DNA from: Saprospiraceae bacterium
Lineage (GTDB): Bacteria > Bacteroidota > Bacteroidia > Chitinophagales > Saprospiraceae
DNA: 57,099 nt
Reading direction: 5' to 3'
Assembly (NCBI GenBank): GCA_023301005.1
Contig: JALZVK010000162.1
Coordinates: 1-57,099 of the forward strand
This document shows, in pieces, positions 35,421 through 43,454 of the stretch. The notes beneath the pieces were generated by a model. It saw only the letters and a program-made list of their open reading frames with translations. It ran no database searches and was not told the DNA's origin. Position numbers and translations under genes: made by a program. Position 1 is the first letter of the stretch. The number at the start of each line of letters is the position of its first letter.

Positions 35421-36659
35421 TTAATAAACTATTTTAAATTTACTTAAATCAGGCTGATACTTCCGTTCTCTTTGAATTTCATAGTCATAAATAACTTTGC
35501 CCAAGTTACTCAAAAACGGCAAACCTATCGACTCATATTGATAATTATCATCATTATAAATTTCATTCTCATTGACCTTAATAGTTGCCGTTAAAAAGAA
35601 TTCAATATTTTTTTCAAAATCAACGATGTAAGATACATCCGTCAAATATCCATACGCCCAACCGACTTTATTAAAAATACGAATGTGGTCAGGTATCGGT
35701 TCTTTTTTATCTCCATAAATAAAAAACTTTACATAGCTATCATATTCCACTTCGGTATATTTTGGATATTGACTTTCACGGGGTCGCATCGACATGACTT
35801 TATATAAAAATTGATAATCATCTTCTGTCAATTCAAATCGTTGATGTTTCGCAGTTGCTTCAGGAAAAATTACAGCTCGTAAAACACCTTCCATATCTTC
35901 CAAAGCGAATCTATTTTTCATAGAAAAGTCTTTAGGTTCGTTGACTAGTTTTCCGTCAGACATATAACCTTTCCCTTTTTGTAACAATTCAATTACGGGA
36001 AGGTTTTGTAACTTTCCATGCGCTTCTTCTTGGCGATAAAGTATAGTGTCAATTCCAAAAAAAGTAAAAGAATTAGTATAACGATTTTCTTCTACTCCAA
36101 ATGGAAAACCACTTGGACCCAAGCGATGAATAATTTTAGTATGGTTAAATCCTTTCTTTGCTAACTCTTCATTTAAATATTCTTGACCTAAAAATTCATA
36201 GAGTCGATTACTCGCATCGTTGTCGCTGACAACGAATGTTTTTTTTATAAAATGTGCAATCGAAGCTGTTCCATTTTGAGAAGTGGAGTCGCCTTGTAAT
36301 GCAGTTTGTGGAGGTCGAATAGAATCAATGTGTAACTCCGAGTGCTTATCTAAATTATTGATATTCAGTCTGTTGAGTTTTTCTAATGCTAAAAAAGCGT
36401 TGGGCATTTTTATCGTACTAGCAGGGTAGAAGTAGTTGTTTTTGTTGACATTGAAATGATTCGAAGTGAAGTTGAGATGATTGTTTTCATCTCTATTAAT
36501 TTGGGTATAAATGATTTGAAGTTCAAATTTTTCGGGATGCTCGGCAGGTGTGCCGAGTGTGTTTTTATTTTCGGAAATTAATTGTTGTAAAATGTTCATG
36601 TCTTCATTGGAGTGACATGAAATGAAAAAAAATGGAAGGAGGAAGAGGGTTTTTTTCAT
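35421..36659 (-). CDS. Serine hydrolase, beta-lactamase/PBP-related
   Basis: Signal/lipoprotein N-terminus (FFFISC) and an SxxK motif in the context PASTIKMPNAFLALEK. Confidence 0.6.
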   Translation of the reverse strand: MKKTLFLLPFFFISCHSNEDMNILQQLISENKNTLGTPAEHPEKFELQIIYTQINRDENNHLNFTSNHFNVNKNNYFYPASTIKMPNAFLALEKLNRLNINNLDKHSELHIDSIRPPQTALQGDSTSQNGTASIAHFIKKTFVVSDNDASNRLYEFLGQEYLNEELAKKGFNHTKIIHRLGPSGFPFGVEENRYTNSFTFFGIDTILYRQEEAHGKLQNLPVIELLQKGKGYMSDGKLVNEPKDFSMKNRFALEDMEGVLRAVIFPEATAKHQRFELTEDDYQFLYKVMSMRPRESQYPKYTEVEYDSYVKFFIYGDKKEPIPDHIRIFNKVGWAYGYLTDVSYIVDFEKNIEFFLTATIKVNENEIYNDDNYQYESIGLPFLSNLGKVIYDYEIQRERKYQPDLSKFKIVY

Positions 36660-36680
36660 GATAAATTTTTATTGAATTGA

Positions 36681-36794
36681 TTTTGAATAGAACACAGATG
36701 CCACGGATAAAAGCGGATTGACGAGTTAACAAGTTTGTTCGTAAAAAATCTGTATTAATTCGCTCAATTCGCGGCATCCGTGTTCTATCAAAAT
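36681..36794. repeat. Palindromic element J (overlaps the stop codon of the GT9 gene)
   Basis: ATAGAACACAGATGCCACGG (left) pairs with CGCGGCATCCGTGTTCTAT (right). Both mismatches are A/C on the plus strand and G-U compatible on the minus strand. Confidence 0.7.
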
Positions 36795-37747
36795 TTAATT
36801 TCCGAACATTTAAAATGACCCTTCGGACATGCCTTAAATCCATGCAATCCACAAGGTCGGCAATCTAATTTTTCCTTCGTTTCTAACACTCTTCTTACGG
36901 ATGACAAAGGCGTAAAACCGAAACTCGGAACGGTCGAACAAAACACGCCCGTCACAGGTGCATTCATCGCCGAAGCTAAATGCAAAGGCGCAGAATCATT
37001 TACATAATTCATTTGAGCATTTTTCATTAAAGCAGCGGATTGCAATAAATTTAATTTGCCTGCTAAGTTATGAATATTAGAATGTTGACTCGTTGATTTT
37101 ATTTTTTCACAACTCTCAAAATCAGAAGGTGCACCTAATAAATAAATTTCTTCTTCCTTTGGTAATCTTTGAATTAGCTCCAACCATTTTTCCGCAGGTA
37201 ATTGTTTGGTGAACCAAACAGATGTAGGAGCAATACAAATATATCTTTCATTCGTTTTTATTTGATTAAAATCAGAATCGCTTGGATAGAGTTTTGGAAG
37301 TGCAGGTTGCTCATTAGTAAGGTGTGCAATCAGATGATGATTACGTTGAATCTCATGAGTAAAATTATTGCTATCCGCAATTTGATGTTTTATTTTTTTT
37401 GTAAAAAAAGTAGACAATGGATTTTTGTCAAAACCAACTTTCTCTTTTGCATTAGAAAAAGCAGTTAGCATTCCTGTACTAAAAAATCGTTGGCAATTAA
37501 TGACATTATCATATTTTGTTCGTCTGATTTTTTGTAGGATGGAAAAAAGATTTTTTGTTTTGTTTTGTTTTTTATTCCAAATCAAAACTTCATTTAGCTT
37601 AGGATGATTTTTGAGTAAACCTTCATTTCCTTTTCGCAATAAAAAATCAATCTTTGCATCAGGAAATTGTTGATGCAATTTTTCAATAAGAGGAGTTGCT
37701 AATATAACATCTCCGATAAATGCCGTTTGAATAATAAGAATTTTCAT
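36788..37747 (-). CDS. Glycosyltransferase family 9 (LPS heptosyltransferase-like)
   Basis: MKILIIQTAFIGDVILATPLIEKL start typical of GT9, plus a C-terminal NDSAPLHLASAM block. ATG at 37747 chosen because the longer ORF overlaps the divergent gene. Confidence 0.8.
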   Translation of the reverse strand: MKILIIQTAFIGDVILATPLIEKLHQQFPDAKIDFLLRKGNEGLLKNHPKLNEVLIWNKKQNKTKNLFSILQKIRRTKYDNVINCQRFFSTGMLTAFSNAKEKVGFDKNPLSTFFTKKIKHQIADSNNFTHEIQRNHHLIAHLTNEQPALPKLYPSDSDFNQIKTNERYICIAPTSVWFTKQLPAEKWLELIQRLPKEEEIYLLGAPSDFESCEKIKSTSQHSNIHNLAGKLNLLQSAALMKNAQMNYVNDSAPLHLASAMNAPVTGVFCSTVPSFGFTPLSSVRRVLETKEKLDCRPCGLHGFKACPKGHFKCSEIKF

Positions 37748-37782
37748 ATCATCGCAAAGGTAAGTATTAGACTTAATTATAA

Positions 37783-38715
37783 ATGGAAAAAAAAGAATGG
37801 ATTCTGTTGGCTTTGAGTTTTTGGAGTTTGTCGATGTTTGGACAGATTCATTGGGGCAATTCTTTTGGAGGTAGAGTTGGTGCTGCAATTCAGTTGGGGC
37901 AACCTGTAAATCGAGTAGGATTAGTGGCGAATGTTTTTTATGGATTTGATTATGGGCAAGTGAATTTGGAATGGAGAGGACATTATAATTTTTCCAGTTT
38001 TGGACCTCCGAAAAAAGGTTGGGAACAACAATTGATAACTGGACTTACATTGGCAGCAGGCGAAAAGAATGATGATGAGGTTCCTTTTGTGATGCCTTTT
38101 TTACAGCAGACAGGTCGGAAGTATGCAATAAGTTATGCGGTACATTTTTATAGAGATCAAATAGGAACTTCACAACGTTCGGGAACAATTGCTTTACAAT
38201 TTAATCATGTTAATATTATTGTTGAGAATGATGCGTTTGGAAGTTATCAAGGGGGTGACGAATTTAGAACAGGAGCATTTTCGATTTTATATCATAACCA
38301 AAATTGGTTGTACGAATTGAAAACTGTATTGTGGACAGGTTTTACTAAAGGAGAAGGAACGACGACTCATAAAGATTCTGATTATCCTTGTCGATTTGGT
38401 TATAGAGATATTTGCGGAGCGAAATATGGACGATTCTCACATGGAATATTGGGAGGACAAGTACATCGAATTTTGGATTATGGTCAGGTCGTGCAATTGG
38501 GAGTTGGAATTGATTCGGAGCGAGTCCGAAATTTTATTCAAAATAAATTGATACACGACATGTATTTTTTTCCAAAAGAATGGACGAAGGTGAGAAACCT
38601 TCATATACCAATGTTGGATAATGAGGGAAATGCATATACATTTCAGGAAGGGCAACAACTAAAACCTGCTTTGTGGTATTTAAATTTTGCAATAAATGGA
38701 GGACGGTTTTATTAG
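37783..38715 (+). CDS. Hypothetical secreted protein
   Basis: Signal peptide LLALSFWSLSMFGQ. The sequence is beta-rich and I cannot assign a family from the sequence alone. Confidence 0.5.
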   Translation: MEKKEWILLALSFWSLSMFGQIHWGNSFGGRVGAAIQLGQPVNRVGLVANVFYGFDYGQVNLEWRGHYNFSSFGPPKKGWEQQLITGLTLAAGEKNDDEVPFVMPFLQQTGRKYAISYAVHFYRDQIGTSQRSGTIALQFNHVNIIVENDAFGSYQGGDEFRTGAFSILYHNQNWLYELKTVLWTGFTKGEGTTTHKDSDYPCRFGYRDICGAKYGRFSHGILGGQVHRILDYGQVVQLGVGIDSERVRNFIQNKLIHDMYFFPKEWTKVRNLHIPMLDNEGNAYTFQEGQQLKPALWYLNFAINGGRFY

Positions 38716-38935
38716 AATTAATTCTATGTTTTTGAACCAGAAATTTTATTTTTACGTAAGTAATAATTACAATTAGGAAAGTGAATAAAATTTTACATCC
38801 TAATTTGCTCTCCTTCTAATTTTTATTGTTTTAAAATTCAACTATATTACACTTTAAATTGATGTCATTTCTAAATATACCACACATTTTTACTACACAA
38901 GACTACCCCATTTTTATTTAAAAACAGAAAGGAAT

Positions 38936-39331
38936 ATGTCAAAAAAAGATAATAATCATTCAATGAATGGTACTACTCTAGGAGAGATAAGTACGATTAG
39001 AGATATTTTGATGGGTCAACAGATTCAAGATTTTGAAACTCGATTTCAAAGTCTTCAAAATCAGATGGCAGAACTAGAAGATAAGTTGAATCAAAAAGTG
39101 AAAGATGTTTCAAAGAGTACTTCCAATATTGAAAAGATATTAATGAAAGATATGTCAGGACAAATATCTCAATTGGAAAGCCAAACAGAAGGACGTTTGA
39201 ATCAATTAGAACAATCTCTAAAAGATGGTCTGATGGATCTTCAAAATAAAATGGAAGAATCGAATATGAATGATAGAGAAAGAATCGCTAAGTTACTTTT
39301 GGATGCTGGTAATAATTTGTTGAAGAGTTAA
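38936..39331 (+). CDS. Coiled-coil protein, first gene of the small-GTPase operon
   Basis: 131 aa with heptad-like Q/E/L/K-rich sequence (FETRFQSLQNQMAELEDKLNQKVKD .. QLESQTEGRLNQLEQSLKDGLMDLQNKMEE). Confidence 0.6.
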   Translation: MSKKDNNHSMNGTTLGEISTIRDILMGQQIQDFETRFQSLQNQMAELEDKLNQKVKDVSKSTSNIEKILMKDMSGQISQLESQTEGRLNQLEQSLKDGLMDLQNKMEESNMNDRERIAKLLLDAGNNLLKS

Positions 39332-39356
39332 TCGATAGATTTTAAGAATTTCCTAA

Positions 39357-40178
39357 ATGATAATGGAGACTCAAAAAAATAAAAACGAAATAGATGAAGC
39401 TAAGTTGTTTGACCAACTGAAGAATATTCTATTGAAGGAAGAGCGAGAAGAAATCCAAAAAGTTCAAGAGACAATTTATAAAGAAGAAAATCTTTCAAAA
39501 CAAATATCTCCAATTGTAACTGAGCATATTGAATTTTTAAAACAAAACTTCCCTGAAGAATTTAAAGTAGTCGTAGATGATATGATTACTCATAAAATTA
39601 AAAATTCGAAAGAAGAAATAGTGAATGCCATTTATCCTGAAGTGGGTAAGATGATTAAAAAATATGTAGGACATCAAATCCAAATATTAAAAGAAGGAAT
39701 TCAAAGTCAAATAAAAGGGAAAGGGATTTTTGGAAATTTAAAAGCAAGAATGGGATTTGGAAATGCAGAGGAGGAAATCATCCAAAATTTAGATCCTACA
39801 GTAATTGAAGAAATATTTATAGTTCAAAAATATTCAGGTTTGTTGGCAGGAAGTGCGACTCGAAATAATATGGTTGATCGAGATGTAGTTGCTGGAATGT
39901 TGACTGCTATAAAATCTTTTGTGGAAGATGCATTTAAAAGAGATAATGAAGAACTAGAAACTATTGAGTATGGTTCTTATAGAATTTTTCTACAAACTTT
40001 CCCTTCTTGGTATATGGCAGTTGCATTAAGTGGAACTCTTACTACTAAGGAAAAAGATGAACTGTCTAATAAGATATTAGATTTTGCGAGTGATAAAATG
40101 CCAACTCGAATAGATGAAATTAATGATAAACTGAATAAAGAGTTATCTCTAAAATTAGAGAAATTTTTTATCCAATAA
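39357..40178 (+). CDS. Coiled-coil protein with C-terminal Roadblock/LC7-like region (inferred)
   Basis: 273 aa. The helical N-terminal half is followed by IEEIFIVQKYSGLLAGSATRNNMVDRDVVAGMLTAIKSFVEDAF .. IEYGSYRIFLQTFPSWYMAVALSG, which matches the strand-helix-strand pattern of Roadblock/MglB domains. The gap to the upstream gene is 25 nt. Confidence 0.5.
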   Translation: MIMETQKNKNEIDEAKLFDQLKNILLKEEREEIQKVQETIYKEENLSKQISPIVTEHIEFLKQNFPEEFKVVVDDMITHKIKNSKEEIVNAIYPEVGKMIKKYVGHQIQILKEGIQSQIKGKGIFGNLKARMGFGNAEEEIIQNLDPTVIEEIFIVQKYSGLLAGSATRNNMVDRDVVAGMLTAIKSFVEDAFKRDNEELETIEYGSYRIFLQTFPSWYMAVALSGTLTTKEKDELSNKILDFASDKMPTRIDEINDKLNKELSLKLEKFFIQ

Positions 40179-40239
40179 GTACTCAGACACAAATAAACAA
40201 ATAATAAATACAAATAAGCTAAATTTTAAAAACAGAAAA

Positions 40240-40725
40240 ATGACTAGTAAAAAAGTGATACTGGCAGGTAGCTTTGGAGTTGGAAAAACTTCGCTATTTA
40301 ATCAGTTTATCTACAATAAGTTTGATGACAAGTATTTAACCACAATAGGTGTAAAGGTTAATAAAAAAGTGGTTCAAGTAGGAGATAGAGAACTTTCGAT
40401 TTTACTTTGGGATATAGCAGGAGAAGTATCTCAGAATAAAGTTCCTGTTACTTACTTCCTTGGAGTAAGTGGCGTTATTTATGTTTTTGATCTTAGTCGT
40501 CCTACTACATTTAAGAATATAGAAGAGGATATTAATTATCTGAAAAAGATCATTGATGGAGGAGTTATACGGATGGTTGGGAATAAGAAAGATTTACTTA
40601 CAGAAGAACAATTGAAAGAAGTGAGAGAACAATTATCAATTCCATTTGATATAGCTACAAGTGCAAAAACGGGAGAAAATGTTGAACAACTATTTCATGA
40701 TTTAGGACAAGCCTTATTGGACTAA
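40240..40725 (+). CDS. Rab/Ras-like small GTPase
   Basis: 161 aa with G1 GSFGVGKTS, switch I YLTTIGV, G3 WDIAGE, G4 GNKKDL and G5 TSAKTGENVEQLF. Overall it is colinear with eukaryotic Rab1-type sequences and has no C-terminal Cys. Confidence 0.88.
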   Translation: MTSKKVILAGSFGVGKTSLFNQFIYNKFDDKYLTTIGVKVNKKVVQVGDRELSILLWDIAGEVSQNKVPVTYFLGVSGVIYVFDLSRPTTFKNIEEDINYLKKIIDGGVIRMVGNKKDLLTEEQLKEVREQLSIPFDIATSAKTGENVEQLFHDLGQALLD

Positions 40726-40738
40726 TAATTTTTAATCT

Positions 40739-41194
40739 TTGACTGGAGATAAACATACCAATAATAAATTCAGGCAACTAATTTTACTTAATGATATGGT
40801 AGAATTACTAGCGAGTGATGATTTGATTTTTTCGACAGAAAAACTCAAAGGAATATCTGTTGAAAAATGGTTTCCATTTATAGAAAGTATTTTTAGTAAT
40901 TTAAAAAAATTGAAAGAGAGTGATGGGGAGTTAATTTTTTCGAGAGTAGAGTCGCCTGCTGAATTTTTGCCTGGCGCGTATGATTTTTGTTTTACAAAAA
41001 TAAAAATAGAAGAGAAAATATATCTTCAATGGTCAATATATGATTACACAAAAGTTTATGAATATTTGATAAAATATCAACAATTAAAGAATGAAAAAGA
41101 TATTTATAGACAACAACTAGAATACAAGAGTAAGAAAATGAAAACTATAAATCAGCTACTTTTGAAGCCATTTCAAGGGAATAATCATTCATAA
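40739..41194 (+). CDS. Hypothetical PAS-like protein with coiled-coil tail, last gene of the GTPase operon
   Basis: A TTG start lies 13 nt after the GTPase stop, with the first ATG at 40796. The alpha/beta region ending LQWSIYDYT, followed by a helical tail, resembles the end of a PAS domain running into an S-helix. This is inference only. Confidence 0.5.
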   Translation: MTGDKHTNNKFRQLILLNDMVELLASDDLIFSTEKLKGISVEKWFPFIESIFSNLKKLKESDGELIFSRVESPAEFLPGAYDFCFTKIKIEEKIYLQWSIYDYTKVYEYLIKYQQLKNEKDIYRQQLEYKSKKMKTINQLLLKPFQGNNHS

Positions 41195-41351
41195 AAATAG
41201 ATTCTTAATAATCTCTTGTACCAAAACTGTCATTTCTCCGTTATTTTTAATAATTTATACTAATAAAATTACCTGTTTCCCAAAACACCTTATTATATTT
41301 TCCTGTTATAGTAGAGTTCGCCATTTAACCTAAGATCATTAATTAATTCCT

Positions 41352-42203
41352 ATGAAAAAAATACTCAATATTTCCATCGCTTTAATTTTTTTCCAGTCTT
41401 TCTTATTTGCTCAATCAAGCTCATATACAAATGAAGACTCTAAAGGAATTATTTATAATCAAGAGTTCACAATTGATGCTCGATTACATACTAATGGATT
41501 TGCACTAGGTGCTAATTTCACAAAAATAAAAACCTTTCGTAAATCAACCTATTATCAATTTGAAATAGGTGAGTTAAAACATTCTAAAGAATTTCGTCAA
41601 AATAGTGATAGTCAATTTCCAAATCAAGGTTCGCCGCAATCTTTTATTTTGGGAAAACAAAATAACCTTTATGTGATAAGAGCAGGTTATGGGCGAAAAA
41701 AATATTTGTCAGAAAAAGCAAAAAGAAAAGGTGTAGCAATTGGTTTAAATTATGAAGCAGGTGTTACATTAGGTTTACTTAAACCTTATTACCTTGATAT
41801 CAAACAAACCGATCCTGGTCAACCTGGTTTAATTCCAACTAGAGCAGAAAGATATGATCCTGAAAGTCCATGTACATTTTTAGATCCGATAGGACGAATA
41901 TATGGAGCAACTGGATTTTTTAAAGGACTTGGAGAAGTAAGACCTTTGCCAGGTGGACATTTCAAAGCCGGAGTTCACTTTGATTGGGGCGCATTTGACG
42001 AATTTGTAAAAGCAATAGAAATAGGTATTGCAGCAGATGTATTTGTTAAGCGAGCACCTATTTTAGTTCATATAAATGAAGAGACGCTGAATATTATGCA
42101 ATCAAGTTGCCCTCATTTGGCACCTGATGAAGTAGAACCAAATCCTAATCGTCCATTTTTTATTAATCTTTACGTAACTTTGCAGTTAGGGAAAAGATGG
42201 TAA
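41352..42203 (+). CDS. Hypothetical outer-membrane/secreted protein
   Basis: Signal peptide ALIFFQSFLFAQ, beta-rich sequence, and a C-terminus ending ..LGKRW. Confidence 0.55.
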   Translation: MKKILNISIALIFFQSFLFAQSSSYTNEDSKGIIYNQEFTIDARLHTNGFALGANFTKIKTFRKSTYYQFEIGELKHSKEFRQNSDSQFPNQGSPQSFILGKQNNLYVIRAGYGRKKYLSEKAKRKGVAIGLNYEAGVTLGLLKPYYLDIKQTDPGQPGLIPTRAERYDPESPCTFLDPIGRIYGATGFFKGLGEVRPLPGGHFKAGVHFDWGAFDEFVKAIEIGIAADVFVKRAPILVHINEETLNIMQSSCPHLAPDEVEPNPNRPFFINLYVTLQLGKRW

Positions 42204-42246
42204 ACATTTAACTGTTTGCTTTGTTAAAGCAATCGTAGTTTTTTTC

Positions 42247-42288
42247 AAAATCCGAAATTTTCCTTGAGAATTTCGGATTTTGTTGTTT
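42247..42288 (+). terminator. Rho-independent terminator
   Basis: AAAATCCGAAATT / AATTTCGGATTTT stem followed by a T-rich tract. Confidence 0.7.
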
Positions 42289-42328
42289 AATAAAAATCGT
42301 TCTTTCAAAAAGAACTAAAATAATAATA

Positions 42329-43207
42329 ATGATAGAATTACCAATAGCGGATAAGCCAGAAAAAGAACCTCGAAAGAAGAAACCCGATTGGTTGAGAGTT
42401 AAGTTACCGATAGGGGAAGATTTCAAACGAGTACGAAAATTGGTCGATGAATATAAATTGCATACCATTTGCGAAAGTGGTAGTTGTCCTAATATGGGAG
42501 AATGTTGGGGAGCTGGTACTGCGACTTTTATGATTTTGGGAAATACATGCACAAGGTCTTGTTCGTTCTGTGCAGTAAAAACAGGTCGACCACCTGAGTA
42601 CGATGAAGATGAACCTCGAAGAGTTGCAGAGGCGATTAAATTGATGCAAGTCAAACACGCAGTAATTACTTCTGTCAATAGAGATGAAAGAAAAGATAGA
42701 GGTGCGGAGATTTGGTATCAGACCGTAAAAATGACGAAAGAAATGTCTCCCAAAACAACTATCGAAACTTTGATTCCTGATGTGAGAGCGACTTGGGATG
42801 CATTGGAAAGAATGGTGGAAGGAGGTCAAGAGGTGGTATCGCATAATATGGAAACTGTAGAAAGTCTATATCGAAAAGTAAGACCTCAAGCAAAATATGC
42901 TCGTAGCTTAGAACAAATCAAACGTACTAAAGCAATGGGACATAGAACGAAGTCAGGTGTAATGGTTGGACTTGGAGAAACGAAGGAAGAGATGTTTAAA
43001 GTAATGGATGACTTGGTTGAAAATGGTTGTGATGTTTTGACTATTGGACAATATCTACAACCTACGAAGATGCACTTGGAAGTTGCAGAGTTTATTCATC
43101 CTGATGTGTTTGCGATGTATAAAGAAGTTGGATTGGAGAAGGGATTTGATTTTGTGGAAAGTGGTCCGTTGGTTAGATCGAGTTATCATGCGGAGAGACA
43201 TCTTTAG
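42329..43207 (+). CDS. lipA: Lipoyl synthase
   Basis: CPNMGECW and the radical-SAM CTRSCSFC motifs, with a typical LipA C-terminus SSYHAERHL. Confidence 0.95.
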   Translation: MIELPIADKPEKEPRKKKPDWLRVKLPIGEDFKRVRKLVDEYKLHTICESGSCPNMGECWGAGTATFMILGNTCTRSCSFCAVKTGRPPEYDEDEPRRVAEAIKLMQVKHAVITSVNRDERKDRGAEIWYQTVKMTKEMSPKTTIETLIPDVRATWDALERMVEGGQEVVSHNMETVESLYRKVRPQAKYARSLEQIKRTKAMGHRTKSGVMVGLGETKEEMFKVMDDLVENGCDVLTIGQYLQPTKMHLEVAEFIHPDVFAMYKEVGLEKGFDFVESGPLVRSSYHAERHL

Positions 43208-43450
43208 AATAAGGGAACGCTGCGCTAAGGGAAGACGGATTTGAGAAGTTTGAAGTTTGACGAATTAACTTATTTGACTTTATTAAAATACGAAACCCAA
43301 TTCTTCATTTTGAAGAATTGGGTTTTATATTTTTAAATAAAAAAACAATACACTTACGGAGTAAGTAAAAACAAGATAGAAGATAAACAAGTCAAATCGT
43401 CAAACTTCTCAAATCCGTCTTCCCTTAGCGTAGCGTTCCCTTTTTCAAAT
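43192..43450. repeat. Palindromic element C2, filling the whole lipA / BNR-gene convergent spacer
   Basis: ~45-bp terminal arms GGGAACGCTGCGCTAAGGGAAGACGGATTTGAGAAGTTTGAAGTTTGACG and CGTCAAACTTCTCAAATCCGTCTTCCCTTAGCGTAGCGTTCCC. The internal hairpin is AAACCCAATTCTTCA/TGAAGAATTGGGTTT. The left end overlaps the last 16 nt of lipA. Confidence 0.88.
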
Positions 43451-43454
43451 GTTC

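Noticed and set aside
36604-36852. 82-aa ORF on the minus strand
   Set aside because: It spans palindromic element J and overlaps both the serine-hydrolase start and the GT9 stop.
42208-42844. ORFs 42208-42678 (-) and 42404-42844 (-)
   Set aside because: They are antisense to lipA, which has unambiguous radical-SAM motifs.
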